A DNA stretch of 64,000 bases from Raillietiella orientalis (taxonomy: Eukaryota): assembly GCA_036172245.1 (NCBI GenBank), contig JAYWIR010000004.1, positions 5,890,001-5,954,000 of the forward strand, written 5' to 3'. The notes beneath the pieces are model-generated. The model was not told where the DNA came from and made no database searches. It saw nothing but the letters and a program-made list of their open reading frames with translations. Made by a program: the position numbers and the translations under genes. How positions within the stretch are numbered: position 1 is the stretch's first letter; each line of letters begins with the position of its first letter. This document shows positions 1 to 12,299 of the stretch, in pieces.

Positions 1-78
1 AGGACCAAAGGCGCAGATTTCAACGAACATATCCTTCAGATGGTCTGTAGCTTCCAAAATAAGAGATCTTAACATATC
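1..78 (-). CDS. DNAH1: Axonemal dynein heavy chain (DNAH1-like), exon 8 (partial; gene continues beyond the left edge)
   Basis: Acceptor tttcatttgcAG (80-79), then phase-0 DMLRSLILEATDHLKDMFVEICAFGP. This continues exon 7 (...IKFLMQ) as in DNAH1 ...VKYMLQ|DTLRFLVQDSL. Intron 3262-79 is 3184 nt. Confidence 0.85.
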
Positions 79-3000
79 CTGCAAATGAAACTCAGAATAC
101 AGTTATCTAATATTATGAAAGATTCACTATCATTTATTGCTGTATGAGAAACACTGCAGAATTTTCATGAATGCATGAATTTTAAAGTTACAACAACTCC
201 TTCATCGGTCACTAAATGAATACGTGGTGGCAAGTTTTGCCCAGACAATCGAAAGCATGCATTCTTTGCGACTTCATGTGGCTGCATGGCTGACGTAAAT
301 CCAATGATTCGAAACACTTTGGAAAAACCAAATGATTTACTTAAATTCTTTGCTTAATTATTTGTTTTCTGTCCTTATTCTTTTGGTCCCTTACAATCTA
401 CACGGATTCTCTCTCCGCCATGCAAGGCGTATTGTTTCTCTTTGTACCAGTCACCACATGGTCGAAAGATTCAAGAAAAAATTAACTTTTTGGCTCTTCA
501 GATTCTCTTGTCTTTCCGATCAAGAACACATATTCGAGATTCCATTCCTTGGGAATAGTCTCAAAATATTATGGAATATTTGCTTGTGCTGCTATTGAGC
601 ATATTTATTTATTTAATCATGACTCAGCTATGATACCACTAAAATCGGTGCAATCTTCATTTTTCATGTGACCGTGAAAAATAAAGATGAGTACTACTTT
701 GAAATTAAATACAGATTTTTAAACAAAGTAATGTATATGTACATAAGAAAACATAAAATACAAACATATTCAGACTTGTAATAAATCCACAAATGCAGTA
801 ATATTCTGCAAACCTAAACTTGAGAAATTCAAACGAAACACAATGACACAAATTTGAATTCAGTTGACGAACATTTTTTTCAGGTTCTTGCAATTTTACC
901 TTGTTTCCAATAAAAACACAACCAGCATCATATGCAAGACCTTATATTATTCAATTTCCTAGACATGGCTTAATTTAATTCTTCTTAACATACAAATGAT
1001 GTGTTTGAGTTTAGCAGTTCGTAAAAGTTATGAAATTGAAGGAGCCTGGGTACAAAAGCGCCAAAGAATTCGTGAAAAGAATCCTTTTAAAACTGTATAT
1101 TTAACTAAATTCGATGCACATTCGCTTCAGAGCATATCCTTGAGAATGAATGCAGTTTTTGCATAAGTGGTTTCTCATATAATGTTTCGTTAGACAGGAA
1201 AAGTCACAGTATTGAAAACCTCTTCGAACTGCATTTGTTTCATTCACAGGCTGAAAAGTGAGCTGTCTCGCGAAATAACGTATGCTACGGGAATGAAGGG
1301 TGCGGAAATGTGATAAGAATAAAAGTACGATTAAACACATGCAGTTCTACTGCATATGCTATGGTATATGCAATACTGATACGCAGTGATTAGTTATATA
1401 TGCAATATTGGTTAAGTATACACACTTTGGTAAATAGCATTTGTAGAGTGCCCCACCAAATGCTACCATATTTGAATATTTCTCCGTGAAACAACTCCGA
1501 TCACTGGATGTTGCGGTTCCCTTTCAAAGAACCTCCCAACACGAGACAACATTCTTAAGAGAAATATTCAGATGAGAATGATTGTTTTTTTGTAAAAGCC
1601 TTTTTTTTTTTTTTCATTATCATAACGACAGAAGCTCAGGTTTGGCTTTATGCTTGTGATTTCTACTGCTCGCCATAGTAGTTCTTTTCGAGACTCATTT
1701 GCAAAAGAACATGAAAGACGTGTTTCTCGTGCAGAAAGGTATTCTGCTCTTGCAGTTTTGTTTTGATTTGGTTCAGTTTCTTCGGTAGCTGGTACAGAAA
1801 TTAAAGTGCTTACGATGTTCGTGAACCATATTCCTCATGTTTCTCTTTTCATTACACTAAGGTTCCTGTAGATTACGCAAAAGTACCTTCTGCATGGTTT
1901 TGAATCTTTTTCCTTTTTCTTTTTAAAAAGCTTGTTCTTTTTGTTTTTTGCAAGTTTATTCACCATTTTATGCTCACCATCATTTGTAAAAATTCAGATG
2001 CACTTAGTGATTGATCTTCATGCTTTCTCTATGCCTCGTTATAACAACGGTTTGCGAAGCGTGCATTTATACACTTTAACTTCTAGGCGGTTACTTGTTC
2101 TTTAAAAGATGGGACCGAAAACCATTTCATTTTGACCATGCCTTCAGATTTCGAAATAACATCTCGTTTCCTATGTTGTGCTGATTTGTCGTTTCCAGGA
2201 AGACGCCATCACATTGCACATGCATATTAAATCGTCTTTATAAATGTGTGGGAATACTCTCAGAATTCCACAATCCCATGTGCAGTGTACAGGACAGGAC
2301 AAAGTGTGAGATTTCGAAAATGTTTCGGCATGGCACTGGATTCATTAGAAATCAGGTCAATTGGAAATGGTTGATGATTCATCATCATCAACTCCATTAA
2401 TTATTAAAAAATGAAATCATCGAGGAATACACAACAATGAAAAAAACAGATGCATGAACTAAATAGATTCAAAGCCTTCCCATTGATTTTTTTAAATATT
2501 ACAGAACGAAATTACATGGTTAGAAATTCATCATATTGTTCAAGAATATCCAATGCTTGCAAAAGGTTTCATATAGGAGGGTGCTAGCAATAGAAAAGTT
2601 CTAGCAACAAGAGAATTCATGTATTGACTTCCATGAAGTATGCAGAAAATATGATTTTTCTTTGGATCATTTTCTGAATGTGTACTTTTTGATATAGCCT
2701 TTGGAAAACCTATTGATTCATAATCTGTTCTTTCCATAGCATCTGCTCCTTTGCAATCCATTTTCCAACACACACATAGACATTTATGCAATCTTAGCTA
2801 TAATGTGCTAAAATTAATAAATCTTTGCTCCACTGTCGCTGAGAAACGATCCATTTCGTGAAAAGTCTTGTACTTGTAGAAACTTTTCAGCTATCGTCTT
2901 CAATTATAATTTTACTAACTCAATGTAGGAAAAAGGTAAATAAGTGGAATCTCTGACAAAATGTGTTCCTCAGAAACTGTTTTTAGAAGCTCTTTTGTAT

Positions 3001-3262
3001 TAGCAAGCTGTGTCTTTGACTGCTTTCCCGGCTGATAACAAATATGAACCTTTGCTTTAGAAAAAGTAACAGTTTGCCTGTTTTCGTTTGCAGATAAAGA
3101 TGTGCGATTTCTAGAGCATTGCATTCCAGATCTAGAATTCCAGTTTCGGAATACACTTTTACCTTTCATTTTTTTTTTTTTTTTTTTCATCACTGCATAA
3201 ATTATCCATTGCAAATTGATTCGTAACACTATAAACGCACTTTCACGAATGAATTTCAGCAC

Positions 3263-5173
3263 CTGCATTAGAAATTTGATCCTGGTCAAGAGTTTCGACA
3301 GCTTGCCCATGATGTACACATCTCTATTGCTGACCGTAAGATCGTACCAGCTTTTTCTAACGTTTATTAGCGCCGTCCGCACCCTGCTGGCCACGTTTTG
3401 AATCCACGTTTCCCTGGCATACATTTTTAGCTACATTAAATTTCGATGCGCTTCCTCTAAAGTTGAAGACTTACTGTGTTAGCCATCTGAGACATACAAG
3501 CATCGTATTCTTCCAAATCAAGTGGTTTCGGGAAAGTGTAACGGAAAACTGGATGAGTCAGAATCTTGGAAGCTTCTTGAGCAGCAACAGCGAGAGCTTC
3601 GTAAGCTTCGATTTTGCTGAAATGACCACGCAATATCACGAGATCCTTCATTTTTTTGCAATGACCGGGCTGGGAAGGAATGTCAATGATTCCTAAAAGC
3701 ATTCCTTCAAAAGAGTTGTACATCATAAACTCATCCACCTCGTTCCGGAACGGGAATTTTGAGTTCCCTAGCTGGAACCGACACAAACGTGAAATATTCT
3801 TGTTGCTCATGCACCACTTTTTCAAACTGAAGCCTGTTCTGGACGCGTAGAATATCGTGTTCTACTTCTTCAACGATAGAACTCCATGCTGCTGTGGAGT
3901 CAATTTTTGGAAATCTGTGTAAGCAGCACCGATTCTTTAGCCCATCAGTCGGTAAGAACACCGACCGAGGTGAGGGCATGCAATCCAAATAGAAGTGAAA
4001 CCTGACAACCGATACGAATGATGTGTGGCCGCTTTTTGCTACCTTATGACTTCCTCTGCTTCCTTTCTCCTTGAAATTGCGCTCGCCAATCTGTCTACAA
4101 ATTTCCGCGGATCCTCGATGTCGAAAAGGAGGAAAATCTTGGAGATGTCCATTGTCTCCAGACTTGTCTTTGATCGAACAGTAAATACCTCTCTGTGGAA
4201 ATCGTAGTCTAGCACCTGGACTTCTACCCAGGAAAAACCTACATTTCCAAAAGACAAACTCGTGAGAACGTGCGCGGCATTTTGCAGAAAGAGCATTCTC
4301 GGAACAAAGCCAATTTTTTTCAAGTAAAGGTCAACGAGATCAGTTAGAACATTTGGATGCTCTCAAAATGGAATTCGGGATTTGTTGCGTCGAATACTTT
4401 ACAGAAATATACATCGATCGGAGCAAAAGGGAAATGAATTACAACCAATCAAGTTGAAAATCACAGTTACCGGTGTAAGTCCCGTTTTTGGAAACCGGAA
4501 GCAAAACCTTCCCCAGTAATTTTCCAGTGGAAGCAAATGATCGCCACTCATCAACAGTCCTACTGAAAATCACATGTCTGTAAAGGTATTCTTAACTGAC
4601 CTGGAGTCGAATTCCTTATCATCAAATAACTCAAGAGGGAGGAAAGCACCATATTCTATTTTGCTAGGGAAGGATTTCTTGACATCCATTCGTAACAGAG
4701 TCGTAGATAAATGAGAAGGAGAAATGTTTTTCTCCGTCAAAAGACCTTCAACATCAATCTGAGCATAACTTCTTTTCAGTCTCTCAATGAAAAGTTCTCG
4801 TGGACATGATCCAAGAGGTACATCATAAGGCATTTGAACTTTTGGCTCTATTCTCATTTCCCTTTCTCTCTGAAACAAAAAAAGTCCACTGTTACATATA
4901 TGTCAGCGCAATAGTCACCTTCATAATCTTCGATACCTGCGGAACTGCATCGTCATTAGAAATCGTCAGTATTGATGTTGAAGTCGAGCTTGTGCTGCCT
5001 TCCTTTCTGACAGATTGCCTCCGCAAATGAGGAGAAATAAAGTGATATTCTCCTAAGCTTTGCGCATGGATTCCCGCAGGAATAACAGGTGGAGTTTTCA
5101 AACGAGGCAATGGAGTTTTGAAACTGCTTGACAGGAGGTTTGAAAATATACTAGGGTTTTGCTTGTCAGACAT
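3263..5173 (-). CDS. DNAH1: Axonemal dynein heavy chain (DNAH1-like) N-terminal region, exons 1-7
   Basis: Exons 5173-4919, 4869-4601, 4559-4471, 4238-4043, 4001-3739, 3692-3475 and 3430-3263. All introns are GT-AG with consistent phases (0,2,1,2,1,0,0), giving 512 codons with exon 8. The spliced peptide carries DNAH1 N-terminal motifs in order: EPKVQMPY..P.G.CPR, FLPLELFDDKEFDSRTVDEW, WVEVQVLDYD, EDPRKFVDR, YLDCMP, VPERG, KSWYDLTVSNRDVYIMGKL. Confidence 0.92.
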
Positions 5174-5204
5174 ATTCTCAACTTGCTTTTAGGAAACACA
5201 CACT

Positions 5205-5243
5205 TCTCCCATGAAAACTCATTTAGCCGGTTACCACAGCAAA
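5205..5243. promoter_or_regulatory. Two X-box (RFX)-like motifs just upstream of the dynein start codon
   Basis: tctccc-at-gaaaac (5205-5218) and gttacc-ac-agcaaa (5230-5243; minus strand tttgct-gt-ggtaac). Each is one mismatch from RYYNYY-N1-3-RRNRAC and lies 32-70 nt upstream of the ATG of a motile-cilium gene. Confidence 0.35.
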
Positions 5244-5819
5244 ATGTGCAACAATGGTATGCTAATCAAGTTAGCACGATTACCATATCCGTTTCATCAG
5301 TTATCAACATATTCTGAATATAAAGGCTTTTATATAGACTGAGATCCACTAATTCAATAATACTGAGAAATGGATTTTGAGGATTAGATTTGCATATATA
5401 CGTAATATTTACGAGACCGCTATGTGATTTCTAAAGTACAATGGATTTAAAGTGATTAGATATAAATTTCAAAAGGAATTGCAAAGAAGCACTAGTTTTG
5501 GTTATTTTCATATGAACACAAGTTAGATATTTTCAAGATGAAAAGTTCGAATAATTTCGGTAAAATACCAAAATCAGACGAAGTGATTCTCTAACCTGAG
5601 AATCATGTTTTTCAAATAGAATTCTTTTTCCGAAAAATTGATTCTTGAAATAAACATAGCTATCGACATGAAATTCGTTTTTGCGTTCAATTTTTCTGTG
5701 CATTAGAACCGTCTCATTTTCAGACCGGATTGGATTTACTCAAATTTTATCAACTATGCTAGTGATCTTGAGATCGTAAACTTCCAATTAGCAAAATAAT
5801 TTACCAGTTTGCAATTTTC

Positions 5820-6000
5820 GTTAATTGGACAGGTGATGTATTTGGAGGATTTATAATGGAAGATAGGCTAGGAATGACAGCAGCAAGAGTGCAGATGAGA
5901 GCAAAAGGGGAAAAGATCATGCGAGAGGATTAGGGTTTATCGAGGAGAAGACTGAGGACTGGATTATGATGTCTAAGGATAACACGACTCTGAGGTTCTT
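5820..6000 (+). mobile_element. Possible 3'-end fragment of an RTE-like LINE
   Basis: Purine-rich patch in AT-rich DNA. LIGQVMYLED resembles W.GHV.R.ED and EDWIMMSKDNTTLR resembles W...A.DR..WR. The match is short and degenerate. Confidence 0.25.
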
Positions 6001-7099
6001 TTAAGGGAACGCAATGCAGCACTGAACTCAAAATTACCGCCCCTTGCTTGGTAATTAATATAATATTGCAACAACCAAAAATTAATGTAGTTTTGGTCAA
6101 CACAGTGTCGCCTCATTCATATGGGGAATGCAATCATTAAATTTATTGCTCAGCCTCAATACCACTGAATCAAGAGATTAGAATCCGATTCTCTGATGAA
6201 ATGCATATGTAAATGGAAGTTCGAATTCTCCAACATAAATAGAGACTTCTTAGAAAAAGCTGCTTTCATCCCAATCCTGTACAACCCAAAATACAAAAGC
6301 ATTTGCTTATGCAGGTGCTTTTACATTTCAAACGACGATGTCATTCAAATTGCAGTCACTGAATGCTCTGTGAGGATAGGAAAGCATTTGTCTGTATTCC
6401 TACCAAAGTGTGAAGTTGTGGTTTGCTCTTTTATGGTTTTACAGATTTAGTTGATGAAGTTAGCTGAACATTTCCATCGATCTGAATCTCAATGTGCAGC
6501 GACCACAGGGAAATTAGGAATTTCATCATATAGATTGTGTAAGCAAAATTGAAAGAACGTGCTATTGCGCAAACACTCTATTAGAATTTTTAGACAATCC
6601 AAACGACTTCAAAATGATATTCAAACCGTAGATGAGACGCTTTTAGGGAGAAAAGGAGTGACTGTCTCCTAATCTTACTGGATTCTTTTTGTAGCCAAGT
6701 GCAGATAGAGAGGTGAGCTAGGAAAGACAGCAGCACGATACATAGGACTAATCCGGAGTAAAAAAAGTGAGATCGCAAACACAAGAGAATCTTCGATAAC
6801 TCTGTGGAAAAAAGCAAATGGTTTCGAACATTTTTTTTTTTTCAAAGAAAAACTAAGAACAGAACACGGTTGCGATTACAGCTGATGCAGCCGCCCAACT
6901 AATTCAGCTGACTCCAGCAAAATTGCATAACTTTACTGGAGTCAATTCAAGAACAATTTATCAGTGACATGTGGTGCACGCCTTTCGCTTATCTCCAGAG
7001 CAAACAATCAGACGGGGTAGGGTCGTACGTCTTGGGTTTCAGTGCAGATTCCAAACAGAAGCATGTAGTGACGTTGTGGCTGGTAGTGCCGTTCCAGAC

Positions 7100-7400
7100 C
7101 CCATGAATACAAGATTGTGAGCAACAGTTGCATAAGCAACGTTTGGGCAACTAACGCCCTTGGCCATGTTCTGACGTACTCAACCGGTTTGCGCTACCGT
7201 CTCCCGCGTTGGATGAGGAATTCCAGGATGCTTGAAAAAAGCTCAAGTTCGTGGCGGGCCCCTCCTTTCTAAATTCACAGTCCTGAGAAATGCTTCCCTG
7301 TTTCGACATGCTCCTGTGAAAGGGCATGCAACATGATGATGCAGAGGGACCGACTGAGTTTGCAGCTTCAAGGAACTGCAACAAAAAAAAAGGAATAAAA
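7100..7400 (-). mobile_element. Decayed non-LTR RT fragment (domains 4-5)
   Basis: KGGARHELELFSSILEFLIQ resembles GVRQG..LSP.LF..ILE.L. After a frameshift, NVAYATV resembles LAYADD. Confidence 0.3.
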
Positions 7401-7899
7401 TGCAGGTTTTCAGTAGGCTCCGAGGGTCCAAATGTGATGGCGCGTCTTCGAGCACCTCCGGAGCAGCTGCGGGGCAACAGTTTCATCCGAAACGGAGGCT
7501 TCCCTCACGGAAACGTCGCTTCTTGATCTCTGGGTTTTCCTCATTCGCATGCGACGGCAGTCCCTGTCTCACAGGTGTTAGCAGATGATTGGGAACCAGA
7601 AAGCTGTACTGTGGTTGTGATTTACGGTGGAAACCACCACGTAAATTAGGGACGGTTTATGGGTTTCCAATCAGACCGTTTGCCATAAAAGGAGACGATG
7701 TGATTTTTTTTTGTTGTTGTGCGCGTGTGTGTGTGTGTTGAGTGGAAGTGTGTGTGGGAGGATGAAGGGGGTTTCCATTTTTTCTCACAAAAATTGCAAG
7801 GCTCCTGAAATCGTCTGCTGACTAAAGGCGAACCAGAGATGAAGGGTTTAGCGATCTCCGCCCATGATTGCAGCCTGTGTAGATCAATATTCGGAGATA

Positions 7900-8720
7900 G
7901 GAGGAGTCCTCCGGAGAGAGGGTGAATCGTGTGGTCCTCTCAGCAGAGTAGGGATCTCCGCGAGCAAATGTTTCCAGGACACTTCGGAAGAAGAAGTGTC
8001 AGCAAGCTCCTGCAATTTCGTCCCGGAGAAGTCCTCTTGACCTGCGAGAGGACCAAATGTCGGAAAGAGGTCTTTCCGAACCTGGCGACGGAAATGAGCG
8101 AAGAGCACTCGCACATCCCAGGCCGGTTTGCCTCAGTGTGGCGGGGGTATAGACGAACAGAGTTTCGTGTCTGGCACTGTGCTGCATGGAAGCATGGAAA
8201 CCTTGGCGTGGAAGCGTGGCGGGATTTACTTTCTTCTAGATGGCCATCACAGTGTGAGAAGAACGACTCTCTTTTCCCGACGGTCCTCGAAAGACCGGCT
8301 GCTACTGAGATCTGAGATACAAAAACCACGAGGTCACTTCCAGAAGATTCTGGACTCTGGACACGTGAGAGTGAAGATGAATCCTGAAGGAGTCATGCAA
8401 GACCAAGCCGTGAAGCAGGCTGCGGAAGCAGCTGCGAGAGGAACGGCAGCATCTCCTGGATCGGCCAGCTAGCTCCTCGAACTGAGAGGGACGGAGGACT
8501 CGATTCTCACTGAGATTTTCCGTGAAGTGATATCTGAGGGGATTTCTGGAACAAATGTGACGAAGGATGCTGCTGGCCTTCGTTGCGTCTTGCATCCCCG
8601 TATCAGACTGCAAGCGATGCGTACGACCACAAGACCCAAATGGGCAGGTAAAGCAAAGAAGGGCACGAAAAGCGCACGGGGCGCCTGGATTGTACAAGAA
8701 GAAATAAAATGCACCGTCGC
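7900..8720 (+). mobile_element. Decayed non-LTR RT fragment (domains 0-3), RTE/CR1-like
   Basis: Motifs in RT order with internal stops: SEEEVSASSCNFVPEKSS*P (EEV....L...KS.GPD), TLFSRRSSKDRLL (KLFSRIL..RL) and LLELRGTEDSILTEIFREVISEGISG (FLDL..AFDS....L...GI.G). Confidence 0.45.
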
Positions 8721-8958
8721 TTTTTAATGCACAAAAGTGAAAGTACAAAAATAGATACAAAAAAAAAAAAGGGATCACAGATCGTGGTCCGTCCTCTCTT
8801 GGAAGAGAGGTGGTAGGGAAGAAAAAGGCATCAAAACGGTCTTATCACAGATATGGGAGGGTCAGTGGAATGTGTTGATTCAGGTATTCGTCGCGGGTAA
8901 CCTTTCTTCAGCTTCAGAAACGGGAGAATCCTTGGAGAGCGTTCTTTTAAAATTCAGA

Positions 8959-10185
8959 TCAGTTCTTGTAAAATTGGGTGAAGAATTCGTGCATCCTTTC
9001 GTTGTGCTCTCTCTCTCTGAGCTGGAATCCTTTCAGACCCACGGGAGTCCGTTCGAACTGGGAATTTTTCAGACCGGAATAGAACCAGTGGATCGTGTGG
9101 ACCTCCCTCAGCAAGGATATCAGCTTGCTCTTCTTCGTCCCGTACTCGCTGTCCAGCTTGGACAGCCTCACCTCGTGATCGCTCCTCAACTTCTTCAACT
9201 TCCGGGACGCTTCGTCCGCATCCGCCTTGCAGTTCTGTTTGCGCAGCTGCTCCAGGCGACGGCCGAGCTCTTCCGTTTCTTTGGAGAAGAGGGTCTCCAG
9301 CCTGGTCCTTCTTTCAGAGTAGGAGGACTCCAAGCGCGTGATTTTCTGCCTGTATATCGCGGATTCCGGAGTCAGAATGCACCTTCGCTTGTTGCTGGGC
9401 AGACCGTTGCCGTCGTCCATGCTGGCGGTGCGCCTGCGCTTCACGGACTTGGCCTTGAAAGACGAGTGGCGAGTCAGGTAGCCGAAGAGTGTGAGATTGC
9501 GGTTCGGGTCGGGGATATCCAGACTCCCCCACTGCTCCCTGATGACTCGGTAGCGAGCCTCATCCGTCTCCAGCTTGGTGATCAGCTGCCACCCTTCGTC
9601 GTCGTTGTCCTGGTTCTCCAGGGGGTCGTCGCTCACGTAGCGAGCCTGCTCGAGGCGGTCGTCTCGGGAAGCGGGGAGGTCTCCCTGACCTTCCCCCCAG
9701 CGGAAAAGCTCCCGGGTCCCCGCGCTCCTCCGGCTCCCGGTCTCCTCTTCATCCCCGAGGCCTTCGCCGCCGCCGTTGTCGTCTTTCGTCTCCTCTGCAG
9801 GTCCAGAACTCCCCGGCAGCGCTGGGGGCAACTGGTGTTCCGCAGGAGGGCAGGCAGCTGCTTTTGGGCTGCCGGTATCCTGCCGCGCCTGAGGCGGCAC
9901 GCTGCCCGCTGGCGAGGACGAGGGGGCAAGGAGGGTCGATTCCGAAGTCCCCGGATCTCTTCCCAGAGGTATGGGCGACGGGAGGAGGTCCGGTTCGCAG
10001 TTGAAGAAGCTCCTCCTCTGCTCCGACCAGAGCTTCTCCAGGAAACCCTCCTCGTCCGACCTGATCTCGCTGGCCCGCAGGCACGGGCAGCGCGATTCAC
10101 AGTGCGAGCATCTTCTGAGATACGCATCCCTGCAGCCGGAGTAGCCCCCGTAGCCGAGTCCATTGCTGTAATGCATCACTTCCAT
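8959..10185 (-). CDS. Uncharacterised 408-aa protein with N-terminal Cys cluster, bipartite NLS and C-terminal coiled coil
   Basis: Uninterrupted ORF from ATG 10185 (MEVMHY...) to stop 8959, rich in GC3 codons (gag/aag/ctg) and protein-like in composition. It contains CRDAYLRRCSHCESRCPC, KRRR-x13-KRR and about 90 aa of charged heptads. A polypyrimidine tract with AG acceptors (10207-10206, 10194-10193) just upstream suggests a separate 5' exon. Confidence 0.8.
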   Translation of the reverse strand: MEVMHYSNGLGYGGYSGCRDAYLRRCSHCESRCPCLRASEIRSDEEGFLEKLWSEQRRSFFNCEPDLLPSPIPLGRDPGTSESTLLAPSSSPAGSVPPQARQDTGSPKAAACPPAEHQLPPALPGSSGPAEETKDDNGGGEGLGDEEETGSRRSAGTRELFRWGEGQGDLPASRDDRLEQARYVSDDPLENQDNDDEGWQLITKLETDEARYRVIREQWGSLDIPDPNRNLTLFGYLTRHSSFKAKSVKRRRTASMDDGNGLPSNKRRCILTPESAIYRQKITRLESSYSERRTRLETLFSKETEELGRRLEQLRKQNCKADADEASRKLKKLRSDHEVRLSKLDSEYGTKKSKLISLLREVHTIHWFYSGLKNSQFERTPVGLKGFQLREREHNERMHEFFTQFYKN

Positions 10186-12299
10186 CTCCGACCTAAGAGG
10201 AGAGCCTGAAGGGAGCGAGGAGGAGAGCAGGGAAAGGGGATGCTTTCGAGAGCTTCCGCCCTCTCGCGCACTTCCGCCGGCAGCAACCCCGGGGGATTCG
10301 GCAGTCTCGCGCGGCCTTGGGGGGGGGGAGACGCAAGGCAACCCGTTGAGGCCGGCGGAGCGGCAGAGGAATGCTTGAAGACACTCCTCCTCCCCCGGGA
10401 ATTCCTTCCCTCCCTTTTTCCCTTCGCTTCGCCAGCCCGGCTAGACGCACGCATCCGTGCCGGAAGGCCGGCCGGGCGCGCCTTCGGCGGAACCGCTTCT
10501 CTGCTGCCCGAGCGGCCACCGAGAGATGGAGGGCGCACGGCAGCGAGCGGAAGGCTCCCGTGCCTGACATTGGCCCGTCAGCGACAGCCTCACCCAGGCT
10601 CGTCTCTGGAAGACGGCGGCAGAAGCGGATGGAGGAAGCGACTGCCTTTGAGCCAAAGAGCGAAGCGGCTGCAGGGAAACGCCTTGTGCGGAGGAGGAAG
10701 GGAAGGGAGGGGAGGAGCGGGGGGGACGAAGCTCGTACGCGAGCTTACGCTTCCGTTGCCAGGCAGGTCGCAGCCGTAAAGCGCAGAAGGGAGGGGGGGG
10801 GCGACTTTTGCATGTTTTTATTTTTTTTTTCGGTTATCCTCACCTCGCAGAAATTCTTTGTTCCGTAAACACTTTCGAAGGCAAGCGACGTGGTCAAAAA
10901 GAGCCACGGGGTGCACCTGGAGAGGGACTACAGCCGGAAAAGCGGAATCGAACATGAGAAGCGTTCCAAAGCTTAACGGAAAGAGGCGCATTGTTGCCGG
11001 AAAGCAAAAGTGGAAAGCGCATTATCCTTCGCGGAGAGCGCGCCCTCCGCTTCGAGCGGCGCGCGGCGCCGCACCCAGCCACGTTCCGGGAAGCGCCGCC
11101 GCTACCCCCTCCTCTTCCTCCTCCTCCCTCCCTCCTTTCCTTCCTTCCTCCCCAAACATGTCCCGTAATTGGGAGGACCTGGATGGCTGGGAAGGCAAAC
11201 CTCCCACCGCATGTCTCTCTATTAACGCCAATCCTTTCCTCCCTTCCCGGGCTTTCCCCGGTAAGCACGAAACTCGTTACCACGGAGGCAGCGCGGGTTA
11301 ATAGGCTGATCCCGATAATTGAAGGCGGCTTCCAGGTATTACTGATGATGCCAAACGTAGCGAAACGGAAGATTTTCCCAGCTTCGCAGGGGAGGCGGGC
11401 GGGTGAGAGCGTTCTCCGGATCGAGTTGTGTGGGATGCGTCCCCGTTCTTCCGGGAAGTCGGTTGGTCCTCCCGAAGACTGCTAATTCGGGCTGAGAGGA
11501 TTATGCTGGCGGCGTCACACATCCAGCTCACTGTGCACGGAAGTGAAGGGGAGGGGGGGGGGGAGTTCTTTTCTGCGGATTCGAGCACGCTGCCCGCGCG
11601 GAAGGGATCCCGCAGCCTCAAGAAGGGGTGGCCAAACGGGAAGATGCCCAGTCGGGAGCACGCCACAAGCAAAGTGTTTTTTTTTCTCCTTCCCTGCTAA
11701 CCCCTAAGGACGTGGAATTGAAATTAACGAGGGTGTAAATCTTACAGGGAGAGCGAGGATGATCGGCCGATGCTTTGTTGAGCAATTACTTCAGATTCGG
11801 TCTCGTTTATGGAGCGTCCGCGCAAGCCATCTTCTCCATAATGTGCCCGAGCCGGTACTTTAAAGGTACTCAGGAGACCTTAATCTCCCCGAGATCCTTG
11901 CGATTTTTTTTCTGGCGGCCGTTAGGTAATTCAGTGCCCCGCTGTGCCCGGCGGTCAGGAGTTGCGAAACATGGAAGGACTCTCTGACGTAGGCGGACAG
12001 CTCCGGGACGACTCGAAAGAGACGGTCGCTCCAGGAGCTAGCTGGAGCTCCAAAACTCCTACCGGATAATCTTCGATGCTACTCCCGTTTCCTGTCTTCC
12101 CAGAAACCCACTACGCCTTCTTTCTCGCCTTGTCTCTGGCGCTTCCGAGTCCGAGCCACGGAGCGGAGCGATGGCTGCGAGTTACCCCTTCCTTTCCTTT
12201 CGGCTTTTTTTTTTTCCCCACAGTCTCCCATTCCCTCCGCACTGATATAGAATTGTCGCAATATATCCTTTTCGAAAAGACCGCTGGAGTATCTGAACG

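Noticed and set aside
7620..7646. Small hairpin (atttac-ggtgg-aaa-ccacc-ac-gtaaat), possible Helitron 3' end or terminator
   Set aside because: Bulged short stem, no CTRR end at the expected spacing and no other Helitron evidence.
8872..10209. 445-aa plus-strand ORF overlapping the orphan gene (possible bidirectional coding)
   Set aside because: It is exactly codon-antiparallel to the minus ORF. It is open only because that GC3-rich gene lacks TTA/CTA/TCA codons, it starts at a non-ATG codon, and the peptide is a typical antisense shadow.
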